NCBI GenBank assembly: GCA_030704615.1
Contig: CM060732.1
Span: forward strand, 59,210,453-59,274,000
DNA: 63,548 bases
Direction of reading: 5' to 3'
Source: Takakia lepidozioides
Taxonomy: Eukaryota > Plantae > Bryophyta
The position numbers and the translations under genes are program-made. The number at the start of each line of letters is the position of its first letter. The first letter of the stretch is position 1. Under the pieces are notes generated by a model. That model was given only the letters and a program-made list of their open reading frames with translations. It was not told the origin of the DNA and did no database searches. Below are positions 51,601-63,460 of the stretch, in pieces.

Positions 51601-53520
51601 CCGAAAATGGCTAAGTCCCAGAACTGACTGGGCCTTGAACTGGAAAAATGGCGCCGAATTTCGGTTTTCGGTGCCAGCCACTCTAGGGACTTAGCCATTT
51701 TGGGTGCCCTGGACTGGAAATTCGGTGCCATTTTTCCAAGGACCAATTTTTATGCGCCACATGAGGCCTCAAACATCCTGAAATGCAAGGACTTGAAAGG
51801 AAGGCATCGCGTATGTACCTGTACAGAAGGCGCATTGCTGCTGCTTTGTCCGCGTTCGGCTGGTCGGTGAACTCGTGGCTCCGGCGGGCATGGGGTATCT
51901 CCCGAAAGAATAGATCGGTTTTGTACAGCAGAAAGTACCTCGTCACATAGTCGCGTAGGCTCTCTTCTGCAGGAGAAATCTCCATCTTGAACTGATGTGC
52001 TTGTGTGTCCAGCTGCTCTTGCGCATTCGTCGTCACCTATGGAGGCTTTCCTGAAAAAATACAATGAATCCACCCCCTACAAGAGTAGAAGTGCCAAACG
52101 AAGCGTGGGGAAGTACCTGAAACCACCATGTCATGCGGTTCATCCACATGTCGAATGTCGGGTCAGAGAGTTTGTCCGGTTTGGGGAAGCTCCACATGTC
52201 CCTTGTACTTTGGGAACCATTCCAGATTTGGAGCCACCGGGTCTGTCCAACCACCCAGCATATTCGTAAGCGCCAAACACCACAAAAACGAGTTGTTGCC
52301 ACCACAATTTGGTTAAGAATATATCACCTTTTCTGTTGCATCCACACAGGATGTGGCTAGACGATGGAGCTTCTCCAATGTCATCGTGGGCTTTCAGAGC
52401 GCGGGAGTAGTGCTTCCCTACCTCCACCAGAAAGTCGGCACCAAGGGCGGGATCAGCTATGGCCACGTACTTTACCATCCACGATTTGTACTTTATGCGG
52501 GCCCTGGCCTCCGCAGCTTTGAGATACGATTCGAGTGCCGGGAGGGTTAGATTCTTCTCCTCTGACTCCATGTAGAACCTCCGCGCATGTGCCAAATCCT
52601 GCTGAATTTTCGTCTGTCAAGAATACGCACATAAGATTAGAGATCCTGCTCAACATTTTTTCTTCTATTGGGGGAGGAGAGACAGATTAGCTCAACAAAA
52701 CAGTCAGGAGCTTTACCCGAAATATGTAGTCCACCATGGCGTCCATGCTCAGCCTATACCAGGTTCTGTCCGGGAGGATGTCATCCTGGTCAGAAAGCTC
52801 GGTGTCATCCTCTTCAACATGGTCAACCACCGGCGAAACCACCTCGAGCACTCTCCCCGTCTCTACCCTCTCCCCGGCTTCACCTCGAACTTGCACAATC
52901 CGTGCTCTTTGTGGTGTTCTTTCCTCTCCTCCACTCTCCACCGTATGGGTAATTGCGGGGGCTGCTCTTGTCCGCGATGGTGTAACCGGTGTGTTACTGC
53001 CTCTTTGTGGTGTCTTGGAGGGATCCACCGTCTTTGTGCGTCCCTCGCTTACATGGGCATCTGTCATTTCGGCACCCCTGGCCTCTTCAGTGGCCTTTTC
53101 TCTTTTCTCCTGGCTAGCCTTCTGTCTCGCCTGTTCTTTTGCCCTCTCTTTTGCCCTCTCACGGGCTTTCTGTTTCTTACTAGGGCTAGCAGCAGGGGAG
53201 CCCTCCAGGACGACCACCTTTGATTGAGGAGAACTGACACCCTCGCGCGCACTGCTTACTCCCCCCTCCGCAGCCCGTGACGGCTCTCTCGCCGGGGATT
53301 GCATGTGCTTGGCTTTCTTCTTCTTCTTTGCGTGGGCGGGCCCTACTGCATGTGCATCAACAACCTCCATTGCCGGATCTGTTGTCCTCATGTCCTGCCA
53401 TGCCGCCTGCACCAACCTCCCCAATGCCTATTATGTCGTACTCTCGCTGCAGGTCTTTCCGTCCACCAAAAAAAGGTTTTAGTTTGCCCTCCCGCCCCAA
53501 GTTGGGCGATCCAAACATGC
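48698..53520 (-). CDS. multi-exon gene A: disordered N-terminus, unknown globular region and beta-class N4C/N6A DNA methyltransferase-like domain (frameshifts present)
   Basis: spliced exons ending 49829, 49740-49479, 49395-49194 and 49064-48698 give CDMILLDIPDG (motif IV) ... LLDDGGCVVVI ... TLVFEAYCFVR ... RNPAFIQTLMETCSDVQGRILDLTCGTG|ASMWAGTLSDRHVFAFEPD (motifs X, I-III); GT-AG introns keep the frame. Confidence 0.75.
50995..51740. repeat. ~146-bp tandem array (about 5 units) inside a gene A intron
   Basis: unit starts at 51121, 51269, 51414, 51558 and 51704; each holds inverted GGAAATTCGGCGCCATTTTCC / GGAAAAATGGCGCCGAATTT. Confidence 0.92.
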
Positions 53521-54469
53521 GATGAGTTGGAGCTGTCGATGATACCACCAGCGTGCCGAGCTCGTCGTCACTCTGTCATTCCCAAAAATCGTGAGAACCA
53601 ACATCGGAATAAAAACCACCATCGCAACGAGCAGCGCAACCACCATCGCAACAATCGTGGAACAACAATGAAAACAAAACAAAACCAAGTATGGAATGGC
53701 ATGGAACAACAATGAAAACAAATCCAACCAATGCCTAAGAATGACATGCACAAGCAGCCTCTCAAGAGCTGCCGGCTTTGCACACGCATTGCAAACTATC
53801 TAAGGTTCATTCAACCGGTAACATGAAACACGATGAACAAATGAACACGAATTCCATAAGACGGGAAAACAGGGTGAAATGTTTTGAAGGCACTTCATCT
53901 GCTCAGACAATCTTCTCAGCTCAGCATGGATTTCCTTAATTTTTAACCACTCTGACCTTGATCATTGTTCTCAACAGCTCCTGCTTTTGCGATGCAACCA
54001 TACGCTTCCAGCGATGCCAGGCTGAAGATGCGAAAACAAACCAAAAAAACGAAGTAAACAACAAAGCGAAAGCGGAAGTGGCTTGCCTGGGAGTACTCGG
54101 CTTCAGTTGGCACGGGTTGTGAGCAAGACACTGGAATCTCCTGCTGGAGATTAAGTTTGGCCATGCGAGAGGTTGGCCGTCGCCCGTAGTACAAAGCCTT
54201 CAACTTCCGCCGCAGTCTAGATGTGGGGTCTCTCTCAGGGGAGCCACGCCCTTCACGCGGCATAAGTCCCAGCAAAAGAAAAAAGATCTCAGTATTTTTG
54301 CGTACATGCCTCGAATAGAACTTCATCCAAGTTTAGCATCGGGTTTCCAAGACGTATCGAGGAAGCAAGCGCGGAATCCTTGTGTCGCCATCACGAATCA
54401 AAACCGACGGTGGAGGACATTTAATGCCCAACTACGCAATTAAATGTCGAATGAAGTATGACGCAACGA

Positions 54470-55060
54470 AGCCCTCGGCGCCGAATTCCCATCCGCCAGG
54501 TAAGTCGGAGCGTCGAATTTCCGTCATGCAGGTAATTCGAAGAGCGGATGGATAGAAATCCGGCGCCGAATTTCCATCCGCCAGGTAACTCGGAGCGCCG
54601 AATTTCCGTCATGCAGGTAATTCGGAGAGCGGATGGATGGAAATCCGGCGCCGAATTTTCATCCGCCAGGTAAGTCGGAGCGCGGATGGATGGAAATCCG
54701 GCGCCGAATTTCCGTCCGCCAGGTAAGTCGGAGCGCCGTTTTTCCGTCATGCAGGTAATTCGGAGAGCGGATGGATGGAAATCCGGCGCCAAATTTCCGT
54801 CCGCCAGGTAAGTCGCAGCGCGGATGGATGGAAATCCGGCGCCGAATTTCCATCCTGCAGGTAATTCGGAGCAAGGATGGATGGAAATTTGGCGCCGAAT
54901 TTCCGTTATGCAGGTAATTTGGAGCGCGGCCAGATGGAAATCCGGCGCCGGATTTCCATGAAGCAGGTAACTCGGAGCGCGGCCGGATGGAAATTCGGCG
55001 CCGAATTTCCATCCGCCAGGTAAGTCGAAGCGCCAAATTACCATCATGCAGGTAATTCTG
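54470..55060. repeat. tandem array with GGAAATCCGGCGCCGAATTTCC core
   Basis: about ten short units seen directly. Confidence 0.92.
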
Positions 55061-55204
55061 AGCGTGGCCGCTTGGTTTTTTGGTTTAAAAAGACACTAAA
55101 CCTTAAGTTTGGTGGCTGAAGTCCACTTTTAGACACATTTTTCAGGGAATTCTCGACTGGTAGAGAGAAATTCCTTGCTTCTTTTCCATCCCTCTTAGTT
55201 CCTA

Positions 55205-55960
55205 CATGGAAATTCGTTGCCGAAATTCCATCTGGCCACGATTGCGATTACATGCCGAATGGAAATTCGGCGCCGGTTTTCCATCCCCTCCGCCCGAGTC
55301 GACTTTATCCCGGCGGCCCCTGTTGGATATTCGGTGCCGAATTTCTGTCCCGGGGTTGTAATGTGACGGCCAGGTGCCGGCCTCGCCTCCCGAGCCGACT
55401 GCATCCGAACGGCCCCGGATGTAAATTCGGCGCCGTTTTTCCATCCAGGGAGGTTTTTATGTCGGCCAGTTTTCGGCCTGACCCCCCGACACGACTTCCT
55501 TTGGTGGGGCCCGGATGGAAATTCGGCGCCGAATTTCCATCCGGGGGATGTTCTGTGTCGGACAGGTGCCGGCCTCTCCGCCCGAGTCGACTTTATCCCG
55601 GCGCCCCCTGTTGGATATTCGGTGCCGAATTTCCGTCCGGGGGTTGTAATGTGACAGCCAGGTGCCGGCCTCTCCTCCCGAGCCGACTGCATCCGAACGG
55701 CCCCGGATGTAAATTCGGCGCCGTTTTTCCATCCTGGAAGATTTTTATGTCGGCTAGTTTTCGACCTGACCCCCCGACAGGACTTCCTTTGGGGGGGCCT
55801 GGATGGAAATTCGGCGCCGAATTTCCATCCGGGGGATGTTCTCTGTCGGACAAGTGCCGGCCTCTCCGCCCGAGTTTCATCCGGGCGGCCCCTGCTGGAT
55901 ATTCGGTGCCGAATTTCCATCCGGGGGTAGTAATGTGACGGCCCGGTGCCGGCTTCTCCC
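55205..55960. repeat. ~290-bp tandem units, each with several AATTCGG(C/T)GCCG motifs
   Basis: 55290-55575 repeats at 55580-55865. Confidence 0.9.
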
Positions 55961-56129
55961 CTTCAGCCGACATCATGCGGGCGGCCCCCACTTTTTGACT
56001 GCATACCGTTGGCAGTTATTGCGCAAAGACCAGGGGCCGCATTCCGGAGACAAGGTTCATTAACACTCTGACTGTGGATTTTTGAGATAGTTGGCTCCCT
56101 GGATTTGGATCAGGCTTCGTCGCTCGGAC

Positions 56130-59100
56130 AAATCGGCACGGCATTCCTTCCCATCGGTGCATCCCCCTTCTACCAGGGAGCTTGCCCGCACGCCATCCTG
56201 GCAGTCTTGTGTGCACATCTCCCATGGCGGAAAACCCGAGCGCTACAGTGTACTGCCCTCTTCACGAGCATAGAGCTTCATTTCCGTGCAGAGGGGACAT
56301 CTGCCGTGTGATGGAGAAATATCTGTGCGTTACCACCGGGGTCGGTTTTTTTGGAGGAGGAAAGGAAGGACTCAAACGGCGTTGTTGTCGAGAGTATTGT
56401 TGTGCTCCACGATGATTTCGGCGATGGTAGGGAATGGCGAGTTCCACCATCGGACAACGTCATATACAGGGCTGTTGGGGACTTCATTTGCCCGCCAAAT
56501 GCACCTTCTATCCTGGCGCCTTCCACGTTGTTTGTGCGGGCGCGTTGCGGTGTTTCTCCCCAACTTGCTTCCATTTTAAATCCAGAGGTCACAGGAACCC
56601 CGAACTCCACATTTAAGTGTGCGCATTGCAAAGAACCACCACACTGCATGTCTGTTTGTAATGCCAAGCAGTTCTATGTGTTGCACTGTTTCCCTGACCT
56701 CACCCGAGCTTGCATACGCGTTGTTTCCCATTGTCACAAATTGGCGAGGGGGAACTCGCGGGAGGCTGCCCACGAGGCATAGCAGCTCGTTCAGGAGGAG
56801 GTTAAGTTGAGACCGGGTGCCAAACCCAAACAGATACAGCTCCAAGCCGCCCATAAGATGGCATTGGCCAGAATTATGTCGGAAGACGGCTCCGATAGAG
56901 TTCCTCTCGATGACAAGGAAATGGAGGCATTGCTGGAGTCGGTGTCCCACGTCTGTTCACCGAATGTCCGAAACCACATTGTCTCATGCAAACAGAAAAT
57001 TGGGCGTGGCTCGGATATGCACTCCATTCTGGAGGTGAAGCAACGATGTGGATATGACTACATTCATGGAAGTAGGTTTCCAGGACAAGGGACTGAGGCA
57101 AATCGTTGTTTCGTATTCAAAATGTTCACGTGTGGACCTGGCAGCGGCGTCCAACTGGTCGACAGGATGACGAGTGGGGACTTGTCAAACATTTGGGTCA
57201 TGTTCGACCATATCAAGCGAATTACAAATCACCAGTGGGTGACAATGGGTGCATATGTCTACGACACCCACTGCAGGATGCTAATGACAATTGCTATTTG
57301 TGAGATGAAAGGAGAGGACACACAATCGGAGATGCTTCTTTGGCAGGGAATAAACGAACAGATGGTCAAGGCGGGATTGCCCCCTCCCAATTTCCGTGGT
57401 TTCATGGCGGACAATGCACAAGCAAATTGGGCTGCCATCCGAAGGGTGTATGGGCAAGACCCCAATGTTCCCATGGAAGGCAAGGAGAGATCTTGTGGGT
57501 TCCATTTTCTGCAGAGCCTTTCGCAGTACACAACCAGGCTCGTGGCGCCAGATTTCAGAGAGGAGCACCATTCCATGTGTCTTGCGTGGAAGCGCGCTCC
57601 CACCTTGGATGATGCAGAGACACAGTTTGCATGTATACGGGCTTGGTGGACATCGTCATGTGCTGTAAGGAAATCAGATGAGGGAGCAATGGTCAGTTGG
57701 CTAGCATGGTGGCATTATCGTTTCCTCCAGTTCGGCGACTATATGCGGGAGGTGAGTTGCACGAATTCGCGTCCCGTTGAATATTATTCTTGGCATTATT
57801 TGTAACTTGCTTGTAACCTCAACATGTGCTTGTGCAGGAAATGTGTCTCGACTCCGACACCGACATGCCCACGACAAACATGGCCGAATCAGTGCATTCT
57901 TCCTGGCGTGCCTCTCTGCGGCGCATCTGGTGGACATCCTCACTGCCACAACGGAGGACATTGTGAGGTCAATTATGCAGCAATGCAGGTACAACGAGTT
58001 CTTGAAAGGGAAACAGTGGGGCTTGGGGCCGGACAGGCAGGAAATGCTGATGCGGACTACCTCCAGATCGAAGAATCCTTGGAAGTGGGCGGCGGCCTTG
58101 CGAGAGGGCCTTCGGGACACGCCATTGCTTCGAAGAGGCCAACATTTGGAAGGAGATGTTCATACCCGTCCAGTGAGACGAAGACTTGACGAGGCACCTG
58201 GCGGGGAAGATGATTCATGGCGAGCTGACAAGAATATTCGCACGCTCCCTCGTGGTCCTGTGATGTTGCCCGAGATCTCGTCGAGCACCGCAAGTCCTGC
58301 ACGTTCAAGATCGCCATCTCCTTTGAGCACAAGGCACGTGCCCGGGCAACATAACGAGCCATCTGTAGTAAAGCATTACAACATTCTCATTGTGGAGACA
58401 AGAGTGTCGGAGTCACAGTGGAGAATTGCAAGGACATTGCCGGCATTTCGAGGGAAGTGCTGCACCATCCGGGTGGATACAAGAGCACGTTGTGGTGAGA
58501 TGATTCGGAGGAACCCACACGGTGCTGTACCTGTACCTTGTTTCAGCGGCAGATTTTTGACTCCTACATTTGCTCACGCCACAACGCAGACGTTTTGGTT
58601 CTGTAGGCACGACATAATGACCTGTGTATTTGGCAAGCCCAAGTACGGGATTCAGGGAATGCCGGAGCCTCCGGGCGTCTGGCCTGTTGCACCAGGTTGC
58701 AGCCTCTCTCAGAATGAGGCGGATGCTCTATCTGCAGCAGGATTTCGAATGGTGCAACGCACAGACGTCCCGGCCCACGCATTTCCAGTTCCTCAGACCC
58801 AGCCATTGCAGACTGCTCGGTCCAGTAGAGACGGATTGGACAATTCTGCATATCCCACAATGCGATTTGGAAGAGTGAAGAGACGACACCCTCCCAACAA
58901 GTTGAATGAGACTCGGATTGCCAATGCTCTTGGGATGACTTGCACTATTCAGAGCTCCGTGGACGTACCTCCACCCGGCCTTGGGCGTGTTTATCGGATG
59001 GCAACGGCCAGCTCGGCTGTACACGACGATGTATACACAATTACGATTGGAGTGGAGCCGACTTGCAATTGTACGGACTTCTCGTTGATGGAAGCAAAGA

Positions 59101-59243
59101 AGGGTTCAAAGTATTATCCGTGCAAGCATCTGTATTACATTTACCTGAAGAGGTTGAGGATGAACGTGACTATTGATGACTTTATTCATGCACCGGCGTT
59201 GAGCGTGAACGAGCTGGAGGTTTACTATTTCATGAGCGCATGA
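56130..59243 (+). pseudogene. MULE (Mutator) transposase with N-terminal Cys/His zinc-binding region and C-terminal SWIM finger; frameshifted
   Basis: VMFDH (D1), FMADN (D2), CGFH (CxxH); intron 57752-57837; TTNMAESVH (E at 57886); SWIM CNCTDF...CKH; N-terminal CAHC...C...RACI..SH. Confidence 0.88.
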
Positions 59244-60008
59244 GCCCATGAGCCCATGAGCCTATGAGCTCATGAGCGGACATCCGCGGAATTGGAATTT
59301 TCCTGCCTTTATTGACGGTGTTATGTCCTCTTACCTCGGTAATAGGGTCTGTTTCTCCTGGTCCAGGATGTGGAATGAGGTATTTCGGCGCCATTATTCC
59401 CAAGAGCAGTGTGCTAAAATGGTGTTTTGAAGACATCCACCGGGGTATTTCGGCACCGAAATTACCTCTTAAAATGTGATATAGTGCGGTATTTAATGGC
59501 GCAGAACGGGCTATTTGGGCGCCGAAATACCCAAGTGGAATGTGCTGAAGTGCCTTGTGCTGAAGGCTTCCATCGCGATATTTTGGTACAGTAATTCATC
59601 CGTGGAATTTTTGAGGCCCATATAACGAAGGCGCGCATTGGGCTATTTCGGCGCCAAATTTCCCAATAGGAATGTTAGAAACGGCAGGGTTTTCATGGCT
59701 TCAAGTTCTTGGCTCGATGGTGTGCATAAATTACTTGTAGGGTTCTTCACTGAAGTTTGCGTCTCTTCTGCTTTTATTATACATTTTGGTTGGCGGAAGA
59801 AATGTAGGGAATCGGACAAGCAGTCTGAACTCAATGATTTTTCAAATCGTCAATATTTTCATTAAGTGTTTCAGAACTGTACAACAAAAGGATCCAAATG
59901 AGACTTTGCTATGGTGAGGATCCGCTATCACTGTCCGATGCATCCCCGGCCTCATGCAAGGATGGCTGCCTTCCACCTGCCTCCGAACCTGCACTGCCGC
60001 TACCGCTG

Positions 60009-61556
60009 TTACTCTGAAGCCCTCCCCTCAAAAATACCATCCTCACCAGCCGGAACTGTCCACCTGGGTACGGAAGTGTCCTCAACATTCCCCTCGCTCT
60101 CGGACGCGGATTCTATTACGAACTTCCCTACTCTGCCTTTCACAATTCTATGTTTGGCCTCACGCCTCATTATAATTCTCTGCTCATTCCCGTATGTCAA
60201 TTGCTCTAACCGAGTAGGCCTATCCTCCCTGCTGATGGCTTCTCTGGCAGCCGTGTCTGCATAGGCTGGTAGAAAAAAAGGCTTCTGGGGACTCGCGAGA
60301 AACGATTTTCTGGCAAAGAATGGCCGATGCGATTCAGTCTCTTCCTCTACAACAGGGTCCGATTCGGGCAAGTCTCCCAGCTTCTCCTCGTCGGACGACT
60401 CTGCAAGGCTGAGTGTACGCACAAACATAGAATGAAGTACATTAGAGAATTCAAACAGGGAATCATCGGCAGCTTGCATGGTCCCTACAACCGAACCAAT
60501 ACACTTACTATGGTGCAACTCACTCGAAGACAGGCATTGGGGGAAGCGGCTTCGGGCGCCCCTGCATCGAACGAATTTCCTGGACTTCCTCCTCTTCATC
60601 TTCCTCCTCCCCTTCCACGTCATCTTCTGCGTTTTTGGGATCCTCAGTCGGAGGCAAACGCTGAAGGCCCGCCAAATTGTAATCATACAAGGCCGTATCC
60701 CCCTCAAATGAGAACACAAATTGGTTCGACATCCTTCCCGCCCACATACAGGCACCTGCAAATTCATACGACACAACCACAACCAAACTCAAGAATGAGT
60801 CGCTTCCTCGCACAAGCAAACATACACAAACGGAAATGGTGTCAATTTTGGTGCCGCATTCAATTAACGTTCTCACCTGTATTTGCAGTGATGTCGAGGA
60901 CCCTGCCTTCAACATCCGTACATGTTTCCATGAGCGTCTGGGATGAATGCAGGACTCCTGGTCCTGCATACCTCCATGGCTTGCCCGACAAATCACAAAG
61001 AATGTCCTTCTCTCCCATGGTTGAACAGGACGTTATACTCCAGTGGATCAACTATGGAATCAACAAGTCTTCCTGTTTCACGTAATTTGAATTTCTAATG
61101 TTTCTTCACGAAGCAAAATGCCTGAAAGATAAGAGTCTGCAGAGAAGGAAATGTCCTGGAGGTTTTGCTCTCCGCAAGCTCCAGCAGGTTCTGATCGTCG
61201 CCAAGTCGTACCACGTTGTCGTCCTCTCCTTCTGTCAGCTCAATGGGCCGCCCTTCTGCAGATCCAACTCCCACATCTCCAGCGGCCTCCACCGCATCCG
61301 TGTTTTTTGAAATTGACTGCAAACCCAATATCTCTGCTTCCAGTCTCCCTAGGGGTTTTACTGGCGAAGCCATGGGCTCCTTCTGCTTCCTCGACTTCCG
61401 AACTCTAGGTGGGCTTTTCTGAGGCGATATCTGAGGTGTTGAATGAGGACTCGCCTGCCTCGATGCACTTCCACATTGCGAGCGCAGCACCCGGGCAGGA
61501 GTATCCAAAGTTGACTGTGTTGCTTCGCCCCCCTGCGATCCCTCCCCAGCTCCCAT
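60009..61556 (-). pseudogene. gene B: paralogue of the gene A MTase-like C-terminal half; motif IV exon absent; stops and frameshifts
   Basis: exon 61136-60877 TLIFQAFCFV...GKPWRY...QTLMETCTDVEGRVLDITANTG; exon from 60755 ACMWAGRMSNQFVFSFEGD; last exon PFFARKSFLASP...KFVIESASES; intron positions and phases match gene A. Confidence 0.8.
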
Positions 61557-62204
61557 GTCAAACAAACAGGAAAACATGAGACACTGCACGCAAAAAAAAG
61601 GTGTAAAAGGAATATTGCGTATGGAGTGCTTCACATCCGCAAAGCACGAATCTCTCACTGGTGGGCGATCCGAGTCTCCGGATAACGAGGTCTACATTTC
61701 ATGCATGAGACGGAGCTTAAGTCGTGTCGTCGGCGGCTTCCCAAAATCCCGCGTCCTCCTTCTCTTTGCCGGAGTCACCTGACCTTCCACAAACTCTATG
61801 CTACCACTATGCCGCATAAGGAGAGGAAACGCAGGAGAATGTCACTGCAGAAGGGCAAGGAGCGAGAGAGCGAAGCGGTGGAACATGCAACCACTCTACA
61901 CGAGCAGATGTGTAAGCAGCCACGTCTCCCGAAGCGTCCACCACTTTCTGCCGTATGGGTGATGAAGAGATTGTGACCCCTGACACGTTCGCACGGATGA
62001 AGTCGACTGGAACACGACGCGTGCCAGTTCCAGCCACCAACAAGATGGTTTTATCCGAATTGCGGCACCGAAATACCTTCCGTTCACCGGATGCTGTTCC
62101 CGGAGCAGCCGACATTGAATGAAATATCCGCACATCATGAAATCCAACCGCCATGAAAATCCCCTGCCTATGACATTCAACAGTCAGGTCGGTACGTTTC
62201 ATCA

Positions 62205-63460
62205 GCGGACGGATGAATTTCGGCGCCGAAATTCATCCTATTCAAGTGCTTTCGTACACAAACTTACAAATTTCGCGCCGCAATTCATCGCTTCCCAAGT
62301 CCTCATTCGTCATGAGCAAACCTGTCAGTGGGATATCGGAGCCGGAATTAATTCCGGAACAGTGGAAACGGCTGCACTTGGGCACATTTCATCCATATTT
62401 CGGCGCCGAAATTCATTACGAATATCTCCGTCCACGCGTAGACGAGTGAAATCATCCATATTTCGGCGCCGAAATTCATCGGTCCACGCGTAGACGAAGG
62501 CGCCGAAATTCATCCAGAGCGAAGACTAAATCGGCACCATGCTATGCTTTGCCGCCATCATTGCCCCTGACGGATGCTGTCCATGCCTGTTGGACTTGCC
62601 ATTTCTGGACATTTAAACTATAATTTCGGCGCCGAAATTATACTTTATGTGCGGCAACGTCCCGTGCGAAAAAGACCACTTAATGGATACTGTCGGTTTC
62701 AAATGAAAAAACGGCTAAAATACAATTAATTTGACAGAATGGGTTCAATATGCCGATTTCTCTCCATTAATGCAGAATATTCCTGTTATCTTCGTCGGAA
62801 CGGGGTATTTCCAACGATTTACGGAAAATTATATCATCCAGAAGCAAATAGTAAGTGTCGGGTTTGGACGAATTTCGGCGCCGAAATTCATCCGTCGCAT
62901 AGAAAATGTAATATTAAGAGTTACTCATTGCGGACAGTAAGGATGAATTTCGGCGCCGAAATTCATCCATTTCAAAGAAAAATAAATATTGGAGGGAGGG
63001 CATTGGATGAATTTCGGCGCCGAAATCCGGCGCTCAAACCCTGAAAAGAATTTGGAGGGATGGAGTCGGTTGAATTTCGGCGCCGAAATTCATTGCTCGC
63101 GAAGAAAAAAAAAATCGGGAGGACTTCGGATGAATTTCGGGCGCCGAAATTCATTGCTGGCGAAGAAAAAAAAAATTCGGGAGGACTTCGGATGAATTTC
63201 GGCGCCGAAATTCATTGCTCGTAAATTCGGAGGACTTCGGATGACGGCGCCGAAATTCATTTGCTCGCGAAGAAAAGGAAAATTAGAAGGAGGACTTGGA
63301 TGAGATTCGGCGCCGAAGTTCATCTGTCGCAAAGAAAAAAAAAAAAAACAAAAAAACTTCAGATGAATTTCGGGCACCGAAATCCATCCGCAGGGCAGCA
63401 GAATTAGGGTCGGAAAAAGGAGATGAAGAATGATTTCGGCGCCGAAATACATCCATTCTG
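62205..63460. repeat. cluster of perfect or near-perfect palindromes GATGAATTTCGGCGCCGAAATTCATC
   Basis: 28-bp perfect palindromes at 62211-62238 and 62941-62968, plus about a dozen variants. Confidence 0.95.

Noticed and set aside
54421-55991. Long ORFs (208-241 aa) with repeated WKFGAEF peptides
   Set aside because: Translations of GC-rich palindromic tandem arrays, open in several frames on both strands.
57777-57920. N-terminus of the 488-aa ORF as a separate gene start
   Set aside because: It begins inside the intron 57752-57837; the real exon is in another frame (TTNMAESVH) and joins this ORF by frameshift.
62205-63460. CRISPR-like appearance (palindromic repeats with variable spacers)
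   Set aside because: Spacing is irregular, spacers are related to each other, there are no cas genes, and the context is eukaryotic.
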